DNA from: Candidatus Merdousia sp.
GTDB lineage: Bacteria; Verrucomicrobiota; Verrucomicrobiia; Opitutales; Intestinicryptomonadaceae
Assembly (NCBI GenBank): GCA_048390825.1
Contig: DBGCYC010000052.1
Coordinates: 4,119 to 68,118, forward strand
Reading direction: 5' to 3'
DNA: 64,000 nt
Part shown: one piece after another, positions 32,851 to 41,190 of the stretch
Layout of the letters: every line of letters begins with the position of its first letter
Position numbering within the stretch: the stretch's first letter is position 1
Program-made: the position numbers and the translations under genes
The notes under the pieces: model-generated
The model's input: only the letters and a program-made list of their open reading frames with translations
What the model was told of the DNA's origin: nothing
Database searches by the model: none

Positions 32851-33852
32851 ATGGCTATCACATTTGAAGGTTACGAAAGACGCATAGACAAAATCAACAA
32901 GGTTCTGTCCGAATACGGCATCGACGGGCTCGAAGACGCCCGGAAGATCTGCAAAGAAAAGGGTATCGACGTCGAGGAAATCGTGAAGGGCATTCAGCCC
33001 ATCGCGTTTGAAAACGCCGTCTGGGCGTACACCGCGGGGGCCGCGATCGCCGTCAAGAAGGGCTCGAAGAACGCCGCCGAAGCCGCCGAAAACATCGGCA
33101 TAGGCTTGCAGGCGTTCTGCATTCCCGGCTCCGTCGCCGATTCGCGCGACGTAGGGCTCGGCCACGGCAACCTCGGGGCAATGCTGCTGAGGGAGGAAAC
33201 CAAGTGCTTCTGCTTCCTCGCCGGGCACGAATCGTTCGCGGCCGCCGAGGGCGCCATCGGGATCGCCAAGACCGCCAACAAGGTCCGCAAAGAGCCCCTG
33301 CGCGTCATACTCAACGGCCTCGGCAAAGACGCCGCGTACATCATATCGCGCATAAACGGCTTTACCTCCGTCGAGACCGAGTACGACTACTACACCGGAG
33401 AGCTCAAAATCGTCAAGGAGACCCCGTTCTCTGAGGGTGAAAAGGCGAAGGTTCGCGTGTACGGCGCCGACGACGTGAGCGAGGGCGTGGCTATCATGCG
33501 CCACGAGGGCGTCGACGTTTCCATCACCGGGAATTCGACCAACCCCACGCGCTTCCAGCATCCGGTGGCCGGAACCTACAAGAAGTGGGCGATGGAGCAC
33601 GGCAAGAAATACTTCTCCGTGGCTTCCGGCGGCGGCACGGGCAGGACGCTCCACCCCGACAACATGGCAGCCGGTCCCGCCTCCTACGGCATGACCGACA
33701 CCATGGGCAGAATGCACGGCGACGCCCAGTTTGCGGGCTCCTCATCGGTTCCCGCGCACGTGGAAATGATGGGGCTCATCGGAATGGGCAACAACCCGAT
33801 GGTCGGCGCGACCGTAGCGGTCGCAGTCGCCGTCGAAGAGTCGTCCAAATAG
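32851..33852 (+). CDS. GGGtGRT family protein (function unknown)
   Basis: Signature SGGGTGRTLHPDN; AGHESFAAAEGA; strong SD AGGAGG. Confidence 0.93.
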   Translation: MAITFEGYERRIDKINKVLSEYGIDGLEDARKICKEKGIDVEEIVKGIQPIAFENAVWAYTAGAAIAVKKGSKNAAEAAENIGIGLQAFCIPGSVADSRDVGLGHGNLGAMLLREETKCFCFLAGHESFAAAEGAIGIAKTANKVRKEPLRVILNGLGKDAAYIISRINGFTSVETEYDYYTGELKIVKETPFSEGEKAKVRVYGADDVSEGVAIMRHEGVDVSITGNSTNPTRFQHPVAGTYKKWAMEHGKKYFSVASGGGTGRTLHPDNMAAGPASYGMTDTMGRMHGDAQFAGSSSVPAHVEMMGLIGMGNNPMVGATVAVAVAVEESSK

Positions 33853-33877
33853 CCGGCGCATTTCAGGCATCTTTCGG

Positions 33878-33908
33878 GGGCGAATCCTTTCGGGTTCGCC
33901 CTTTTTTT
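33878..33908 (+). terminator. Rho-independent terminator
   Basis: GGGCGAATCC-TTTC-GGGTTCGCCC followed by T7. Confidence 0.8.
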
Positions 33909-34037
33909 GTCTTCCGCGCGGAAGGGCGGCGGGGGAAAACATCACCGCCAAAATTCAGAGATTGCGCAGGGCAAAAAAAACCTTGCAAAGCAAAATGACC
34001 ATTATTTCAGACTTTCTATTTAACAGAAAGCGTAATT

Positions 34038-34250
34038 ATGAAATACATTAAAGCACTTTCGGCACTGGCCGTTCCGGTTTTGACGGTTGCCGCGGCGGCG
34101 TTTTCCGAGGTTTCCGCGCAGGACGCCTCTACGGTGAACTATTACCTGCGCGCTTCCAGCTACTACGCGGATCTGACCGACCCGTCGTATAGCAAATCCT
34201 ATTGGAGCCTCTCGGACAGCGAACAGATAACCCCCGACTCGCTCCCGGGT
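34038..34250 (+). pseudogene. 5' fragment of a secreted protein, fused to the helicase remnant
   Basis: Sec signal MKYIKALSALAVP...SAQD, then an abrupt in-frame switch to helicase motif V sequence. Confidence 0.65.
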
Positions 34251-35588
34251 GCCGACGCCGCCGTTGAGGGCATAAACTTGTAGTTCTGCTCGCTTGTCGT
34301 AAATTACGATCTCCCGTGGAATCCGCAGCGCATAGAACAGCGCATAGGCCGTTGTCACCGCTACGGGCAAAGGTTTGACGTCGTGGTTGTAAATTTTTTT
34401 AATGTCAATAATGAGGTCGACTGTAGAGTTTTTGATATTCTCGAAAAGAAATTAAAACTTTTTGAAGGGGTTTTCGGCGCGAGCGACGAAGTTTTGGGCG
34501 CCATAGAAAGCGGCGTCGACTTCGAGCGGCGCATAACCCAAATATACCAAAATGCCGCACTTCCTATGACATTCAGCGCGAGTTTGATTTTATTCAGGAA
34601 ATGTTCGCCATCGAGATAGACGAAAATATGCGAACCGCCCGCCGCAAAGTGCTTGAAAACTTTGACACCAAAGCCGCCGAGCGCCTGAATGTTTACCAAG
34701 AGGCGTCTTCCGCCACGATTGACAAAATGCAGGCTCTTTTGTGGGCTCTCACGCGGTACGAGCTCGACGGTACCGGTGCATTTTTCGACGAGGAAAATCT
34801 GACATTCCAAATGCTCAACCCACAAAACCGCGACGTACCCGACAAAAAGTTGTACGCCATAAAGTGGATTGGCGACTATTGCGAACCTTACGGCATCACC
34901 CACAATCGCCGAAAAGCTGATATCCCTCGCCCTAAACCGCGATTTGCCCTACCGCGGCATACTTTTTGACTATGACAACACCCCCGGCAAAATAACAGCC
35001 TTGGAACAACTGCCAAAGAAGTCGGGCAAACTCATGCTTTCAAAAGTAACCATAGGCGATGATTCCGCGCCCGAAGACTACCTTGTAATTTCCTGCGTTG
35101 ACGACTTGGGCAACACCATAGAGCAAGACACCGCTCGCCGCCTATTTAACCTAAGCGCGCGGGCCTATGACATATACGAGCCATTTAACCTTGGCAAATT
35201 AGAGGAGATTTTCGAGAGCCAAAAGGCGGAAATCTTGCGGCAAAACGCGTAGACTGCCGAAAAGGAATTCGACGCCGAAGTGGAAAAGCTCGAAAGCTGG
35301 AGCAACGACCGCAAAAACGCTCTTGAAATCAAATTAAAAGAGATGGACAAAAAGATACGAGAATTGAAAAAGACCTCCCGCCAACTCCATACCCTTGAAG
35401 AAAAAATCGAACTTCAACGGCAACAAAAAACGCTCGACACCGAGCGCATGAATATGCGCCGCAAACTATTTGAAGCACAAGACGCTATAGACGCCGAACG
35501 CGATAAACTAATAAAAAATGCCGAAAAATTCTTGCAAAAGCCCGTAAAATCACAAATCATATTCGCCATAGATTGGAAAATTATATGA
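34251..35588 (+). pseudogene. C-terminal half of an SNF2/RapA-like helicase, decayed
   Basis: [38 protein letters not shown]; TAG at 34281 and 35250; frameshifts near 34550 and 34903; coiled-coil C-terminus ending FAIDWKII. Confidence 0.9.
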
Positions 35589-37405
35589 ATAGTGAGAATT
35601 TAAAAGATAAGTTAATAAATACAATAGCGATATTAGAATCAAGAAAGCTTGCTAAGCAGAGCTATATCGATATGTATCTACCCTTAGTAATTTATGCATT
35701 AAATGAGTTAACTAATGTTGAGTGTGTCGATATTAAAAAAATACACGATATAATCAAGAAAGATACAACTTTTGAATTACATGTAGACGTCATAAAAAGA
35801 ATACTAAACCACTGTTTAAAAAATAAATACATAACCCGACAATCGGGAACAGGTTTCTATGTAGTAACACCTTCTTTACCCAAGTCCACAATTGAACATG
35901 CAAAAATAAATAAATTCAAAATAAATATAGAATTTATATGTAAAGAATTAATTAAAATATCTAAAAAATATAACATAAAGTTTACAGATGATGTAAATGA
36001 TGCATTAGACCATGTTGAAAATTTTTCAAATAGTTATTCAGAGGAGCTTTTATTATTTTTTCGTGGAAATTTAGATCTAAGTTTAAATGATAATAGTAAA
36101 TATTATAATATATTTTTGCTTGTAAATGAATTAAAAAGTAAAAATCCAATGTACCTAGATGTCTTTATGCAAGTAGTTGAATGCATACTCTTGAAGAATG
36201 TATTATTGCATGAGGTACCACTCGTTGACGTCATGTCAACGTCATTTAAATTGAAGATGTTTTTTCTCGATACAAGGATCGTCCTTGCACTGTTACATTT
36301 TGATGGAAATGATAGTTATGAGTATTATAGTAATTTAATTAATATTATAAAAAATACAAAGGCAAGATTGTATATACTTGAGAGAACAAAGATGGAAATA
36401 GTGAATCTTCTTTCAGAGTCCATTTCTAATTTTAATAATATATACTGCCTAAAAAATCGTATAATTTCATCATGTTTAGAAATGGGATATTCCGTAACCT
36501 TTTTGGAAAAGGTTTTGAATAATATAGACGAAGAAATATCTAAATTGGGTGTGGATATAACAAGTTATCCTTTTAATGAAACAATATATAAAAGATATGG
36601 TAGCAATTTATACGACAAATTAAAGGAATATAATTCCAAATATAATGAGGGAGCGTTGGAACACGATGTCATGTGCATTAATGATTTACTGAGTTTATGG
36701 AATGGAAAGTTTTTTCATAAACTGGAGGCAATCCCGTCTATATTTTTGACGACAAATCTTCTATTGTATAGAGCCGCAAGACATATTCTAAAAATTAAAT
36801 ACCCTCCCGTAATAACGGCAAATTCGTTGTCCATATATTTCTGGTTAAATTCATCACAAAATTTTAATATGTGCAAAGATGAATTACTTGCATATGCAAA
36901 GATTATGTTAACACCTAGCCAAGATCTATGGGAATCGGTGATAAAATCTCTTAACGAATTAAAGAAGGATGGAAATATAACAAAAGAACAATTCTCATAC
37001 CTTATAACTACATCTATACTTGAAGAAGAAATTGATTCAAAAATAATAAATCACGAACTATTTGATTACGAAGAAATGAAAAGACTTACATTAAAACTTT
37101 CACGAGAAAATGAAGAAAAAGCCGTAGAAAGTGAGAAAAAAAGCGCAAAAATTAACAAGATGTTAAATTGTGGTACAATTTTCATATTCTGTATTTTTGT
37201 TATTTTAATTTTCTCAGCAGTGTTCGTGATTACAAATTTGATATTTTCGACTTTTACTTCTACTTCTATAACGCTCATAATGTTTGTAATATCTCTATGT
37301 TATAATTTGTATTTGCATAAATTAAGAAAACATTCTGCAACATTAATAGATAGAATTAAGAAGGGAATATACAATCGATTAGATAAGTTTTTTACTACCA
37401 ATTAG
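35585..37405 (+). CDS. Uncharacterised AT-rich protein: possible wHTH + PIN-like domain + 2 C-terminal TM helices
   Basis: Intact 606-aa ORF with ATGA overlap on the helicase stop; FFLDT, TKMEI, EHDV, FLTTN; hydrophobic C-terminus. Confidence 0.7.
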   Translation: MNSENLKDKLINTIAILESRKLAKQSYIDMYLPLVIYALNELTNVECVDIKKIHDIIKKDTTFELHVDVIKRILNHCLKNKYITRQSGTGFYVVTPSLPKSTIEHAKINKFKINIEFICKELIKISKKYNIKFTDDVNDALDHVENFSNSYSEELLLFFRGNLDLSLNDNSKYYNIFLLVNELKSKNPMYLDVFMQVVECILLKNVLLHEVPLVDVMSTSFKLKMFFLDTRIVLALLHFDGNDSYEYYSNLINIIKNTKARLYILERTKMEIVNLLSESISNFNNIYCLKNRIISSCLEMGYSVTFLEKVLNNIDEEISKLGVDITSYPFNETIYKRYGSNLYDKLKEYNSKYNEGALEHDVMCINDLLSLWNGKFFHKLEAIPSIFLTTNLLLYRAARHILKIKYPPVITANSLSIYFWLNSSQNFNMCKDELLAYAKIMLTPSQDLWESVIKSLNELKKDGNITKEQFSYLITTSILEEEIDSKIINHELFDYEEMKRLTLKLSRENEEKAVESEKKSAKINKMLNCGTIFIFCIFVILIFSAVFVITNLIFSTFTSTSITLIMFVISLCYNLYLHKLRKHSATLIDRIKKGIYNRLDKFFTTN

Positions 37406-37505
37406 CGCGTATCTCTATTATAGTCTATTACCAATTTGTTCTTTTTAAGCAGAAAATTTTCTATTTATTCTTGAAAAGAATTTGTTTAGATTAAAAGTAT
37501 AACAT

Positions 37506-39548
37506 ATGCAAAGAATGGATGGAAAGAGTTTGGATTTGGTGGAGGTGAACAGGCGGGCGGTGATGGAGGCGCTGAAAGAAGTCGCGCCAGAAGTCGTCTC
37601 GGAGGGCGGAGTCGACCTTGAAAAACTCGCCGTCCTAATCGGCGAAGATAAAAACTTATCCGACAAGCTCGAACGCTACAACTTCACTTGGCCCGACAAG
37701 CGCAAAGCCATAAAATCCGCCCTGACCCCGTCAAGTGGCACACTCCGCCCCGCGCCTAAAGAGTCCGTAAATTGGGACAACACAAAAAATTTATATATCG
37801 AAGGTGACAACCTCGAAGTCCTAAAACTTTTGCAAAAGTCCTACTTCGGCAAAATCAAAATGATATACATAGATCCGCCATACAATACGGGCAAAGAATT
37901 TGTGTATCCCGACGACTACGCCGACAATATCCAAAACTACCTTGAACTTACCGGCCAAATAAACGAATCCGGACGGCGCATTACAACCAATACCGAAACA
38001 AGCGGAAGATACCATACTAATTGGCTGAATATGATGTATCCGCGCCTTAAGCTTGCCCGTAACCTCTTGCGCGACGACGGCGTAATATTCATATCCATAG
38101 ATGACCACGAAGTCTCAAACCTCCGTAAAATTTGCGACGAAATTTTCGGCGAGGAGAATTTTGTAGGAGCTATAAGTAATACAAACAACCCCAAAGGACG
38201 TTCTGATGATAAATTTATAGCGACATCACATGAATATATAATTGTTTATGCTAAATCCATGCATTCAATAGTTTGGTATGGCTTTCCACCTTCAAAAGAA
38301 ATTATTAAACGATACAATAAAATTGATGACAAAGGAAGAAAATATAGAGAAATAGATTTAAGAAAAACAGGAGAAAATGACTTAAGATCTGATCGTCCAA
38401 ATTTATTTTATTATTTTTACTATAATTCAAAAACAAATGAATTCTATCCTTCCAAATCGGATTCTATTCCTAATGACTTTATACAGATCAAACCACTAAG
38501 AGAGGATGGAAAGGAAGGTAATTGGAGATGGGGAATTGAAACATCAAAACAACAATTAGACTATCTAATACCTAAGTTCATGCCTAATCGGAAGGTTTGG
38601 AGCGTTATGGGAAAAGATTATTTAGAAAATCGTTGTGCGGTAAAACCTACAAGTTCTTGGACATTTAAAGATATTAATAGTGAAAGAGGGAGTGAAGAAT
38701 TTATAGACCTAGGTTTTGATAAAAGGGTTTTCACCAAGCCCAAGCCATTAGGGACAATAAAGAGATCTTTACTTCTGTCTACTTCAAAAGACTCCATCAT
38801 ACTTGATTTCTTTTCGGGGTCGGCGACGACCGCTCATGCGGTGATGGAGTTAAACAAAGAAGACGGCGGCAATAGGCAATTTATTATGGTGCAGTTGCCG
38901 GAGCCTTGCGGCAAAGACACTGAGGCATTTAAAGCGGGCTATAAAAACATCTGTGAAATAGGCAAGGAGCGCATACGCAGGGTAATTAAAAAAATCGAGG
39001 CCGAATATGTTGAGTCTGAAAAATCCACGCAAGGCGAACTTGATTTGGGCGCCCCCGCAAAACAAAAGCCCGACTTGGGCTTTAAAGTCTTCAAGCTGGA
39101 CACTTCAAACTTCATTCCCTGGGACTCAAACCCTGACAATTTAAGCGAAGAAAGCCTGCAACAGAGCCTGTCTAACATCAAGCTTGACCGCTCGCAGCAA
39201 GACTTGCTTTACGAGCTTTTCTTAAAGCTTGGCGTCACGCTCAATACGCCGTATCAAAAAGTCGAGCTTGCGGGCAAATATATGTACGACATCGGCTACG
39301 GTTCTATCTACGCGTGCCTTTACGACGACTTGGATATGGACTTTTGCAAGGCAATGATAGCCTACCACGACAAGCAATTCCCCAAAGAGGAGTCAAAAGA
39401 TAAAAAGGAGGAGCGCGAGCTTGAAAAATACCGCTTGGAGACAACCACATTTATCTTCCGCGATTCGTCTTTTGCCGACGACAAAATAAAGACCAACATC
39501 CTTCAAACCCTCCGCCAAATGGGCCTAACAAACATCAGAGCTATTTAA
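37506..39548 (+). CDS. mod: Type III R-M DNA methyltransferase (Mod)
   Basis: NLYIEGDNLEVLK, IYIDPPYNTG, WLNMMYPRL, FTKPKP, LDFFSGSATTAHAV. Confidence 0.95.
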   Translation: MQRMDGKSLDLVEVNRRAVMEALKEVAPEVVSEGGVDLEKLAVLIGEDKNLSDKLERYNFTWPDKRKAIKSALTPSSGTLRPAPKESVNWDNTKNLYIEGDNLEVLKLLQKSYFGKIKMIYIDPPYNTGKEFVYPDDYADNIQNYLELTGQINESGRRITTNTETSGRYHTNWLNMMYPRLKLARNLLRDDGVIFISIDDHEVSNLRKICDEIFGEENFVGAISNTNNPKGRSDDKFIATSHEYIIVYAKSMHSIVWYGFPPSKEIIKRYNKIDDKGRKYREIDLRKTGENDLRSDRPNLFYYFYYNSKTNEFYPSKSDSIPNDFIQIKPLREDGKEGNWRWGIETSKQQLDYLIPKFMPNRKVWSVMGKDYLENRCAVKPTSSWTFKDINSERGSEEFIDLGFDKRVFTKPKPLGTIKRSLLLSTSKDSIILDFFSGSATTAHAVMELNKEDGGNRQFIMVQLPEPCGKDTEAFKAGYKNICEIGKERIRRVIKKIEAEYVESEKSTQGELDLGAPAKQKPDLGFKVFKLDTSNFIPWDSNPDNLSEESLQQSLSNIKLDRSQQDLLYELFLKLGVTLNTPYQKVELAGKYMYDIGYGSIYACLYDDLDMDFCKAMIAYHDKQFPKEESKDKKEERELEKYRLETTTFIFRDSSFADDKIKTNILQTLRQMGLTNIRAI

Positions 39549-39596
39549 ATAGGGAAGATGAATATAAACTTAAAATTCTTTTCAAAATTACATTCT

Positions 39597-39633
39597 CTCC
39601 GGATAGGGGAAGCGAAGCTTCCCCTATCCGGAG
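39597..39633. repeat. Perfect 17-bp inverted repeat
   Basis: CTCCGGATAGGGGAAGC-GAA-GCTTCCCCTATCCGGAG. Confidence 0.95.
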
Positions 39634-39635
39634 TA

Positions 39636-39685
39636 ATAGAACTGCTATCAAGGCCGGTTTATACCGGCCTTGATAGCAGTTCTAT
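39636..39685. repeat. Perfect 23-bp inverted repeat
   Basis: ATAGAACTGCTATCAAGGCCGGT-TTAT-ACCGGCCTTGATAGCAGTTCTAT. Confidence 0.95.
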
Positions 39686-39715
39686 GTAAAAAAGTCAAGC
39701 ATTTTATAATACATT

Positions 39716-40750
39716 ATGGATAAAGATCTTACAGATTTAGAATCGAATATATATCGCCAAGATATTCTGAATAATCCGTACGCGATAAAAAAACTTCAAG
39801 AAACAACTGATATAAGGGGAATTCCATTTGAGGGAAGATTTGTTCTTTTAATCTCACAAGTTGCTGATTTTTTTGAAGTTGATGAAAGAACTGTAAAAAA
39901 TTACATATCCGAGTTTAACGAAGAACTCAAAGCAAACGGATATGAAGTTTTAAACGGTAACAGACTGAAAAACATAAAGTTATCTATTAGATCGCTCGAT
40001 GGTAGTGAAAAATTTTTCACTACCATCGAAAAAACTTCCCAATTGGCAATTTTTGATTTTAGGGCTTTCCTGAATTTAGCTATGCTTTTAAAGGAAAGTT
40101 CGAGAGCTGTATTACTACGCAAAGTAATTCTTGATGTCGCTATAACGGCAATAACTGAAAGAGTAGGATCCACTAAATTTATAAATCAACGATCTACGGG
40201 GTTCTTGCATACATTATTTTATAATAAAAAGTACAGAAAGGTATTCACCGACGCATTGGACTTTTACGTAGACTTGGGCCCCATAAAATATGGTATGTAC
40301 ACAAACAAAATTTATGAGTGCGTATTCCTAGAAAAAGCCCAAGAATATAGGCGAATATTGGACTTAAAGAAAAAAGATAATATTCGAGACACCATGTATG
40401 ATGAGGTCCTTAACGTTATCTCCAGTTTTGAATCGGGGATTGCAAGTGAAATAAAAAAGAAAGCCGAAGAGAAAGGAAGAAGACTAACAGTATACGAAAC
40501 AGACGAAATATTTAATACGGCCGTCAATAATCCATTCCTCAAGCCAATGATAGATAACGCTAGAATAAAAATGGCAAGCAGGGACTTGGCTTTTAGAAAA
40601 GTCCTACATGAGCAGTTAAAAAGACATATAGTGCCTCTTGATCCAGGTGAATATGAAAAGTTTTTAGGCGAGACCAGTAAATCTTTAGAAGCCCAAATGC
40701 AGGAAGCCAAAGATGTATTAAAGCGTTTAAAAGAAGGTCCAGATGAGTAA
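39716..40750 (+). CDS. DNA-binding protein (RhuM-like), putative partner of Doc
   Basis: QVADFFEVDERTV HTH-like motif; RAFLNLAMLL.ES; overlaps the doc start. Confidence 0.7.
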   Translation: MDKDLTDLESNIYRQDILNNPYAIKKLQETTDIRGIPFEGRFVLLISQVADFFEVDERTVKNYISEFNEELKANGYEVLNGNRLKNIKLSIRSLDGSEKFFTTIEKTSQLAIFDFRAFLNLAMLLKESSRAVLLRKVILDVAITAITERVGSTKFINQRSTGFLHTLFYNKKYRKVFTDALDFYVDLGPIKYGMYTNKIYECVFLEKAQEYRRILDLKKKDNIRDTMYDEVLNVISSFESGIASEIKKKAEEKGRRLTVYETDEIFNTAVNNPFLKPMIDNARIKMASRDLAFRKVLHEQLKRHIVPLDPGEYEKFLGETSKSLEAQMQEAKDVLKRLKEGPDE

Positions 40751-41183
40751 GATAGCCTATATATCAACTGAACAAGCTGTTCAAATTCATCACAGAACGG
40801 TAGAAAATAGCGGAGGAGGCACTATCGGTATTATTGATATTAAGCGTTTAAAAGGGATATTGGAAAATATTCAAAACGATGATTATTATCCGGAATTTTC
40901 GGATAAAATAACGCATTTGTGTTATTCTCTTTGCAACTGTCATTGCTTTGTTGACGGGAATAAAAGAATTGCATTAACCTTATCAATGCAATTCTTAAGT
41001 CTCAACGGATATATGTATTGTTGTAAAGATTTTTTAAGAAATATGGAAAATATAGTGTTGAATTTGGCGCAGGCAAAAATTTCAAAAGAGTTGTTGAAAG
41101 AGATTTTTGTAGCAATCATGGAAGATAATTTTGATAGCGAATCTCTTCAACTAAAAATTTTTAAGGAAATTTACGGCAAATAG
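40743..41183 (+). CDS. Fic/Doc (death-on-curing) family toxin
   Basis: HCFVDGNKRIA, Doc-type motif; 146 aa. Confidence 0.9.
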   Translation: MSKIAYISTEQAVQIHHRTVENSGGGTIGIIDIKRLKGILENIQNDDYYPEFSDKITHLCYSLCNCHCFVDGNKRIALTLSMQFLSLNGYMYCCKDFLRNMENIVLNLAQAKISKELLKEIFVAIMEDNFDSESLQLKIFKEIYGK

Positions 41184-41190
41184 ATTTCAG

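Noticed and set aside
29892..33717. Long antisense ORFs (669 aa, 590 aa) and similar shadow ORFs elsewhere in the window
   Set aside because: They overlap well-supported genes on the opposite strand, are expected at high GC3, and show no family motifs
34281..35252. TAG-to-Gln recoding (two in-frame TAGs, one at the conserved Q of EGINLQF)
   Set aside because: The same gene also has two frameshifts, and neighbouring genes such as doc use TAG as a normal stop; point-mutation decay is simpler
37506..39548. Phase-variable simple sequence repeat in mod (phasevarion)
   Set aside because: No tandem SSR or long homopolymer tract seen in the ORF or its 5' region
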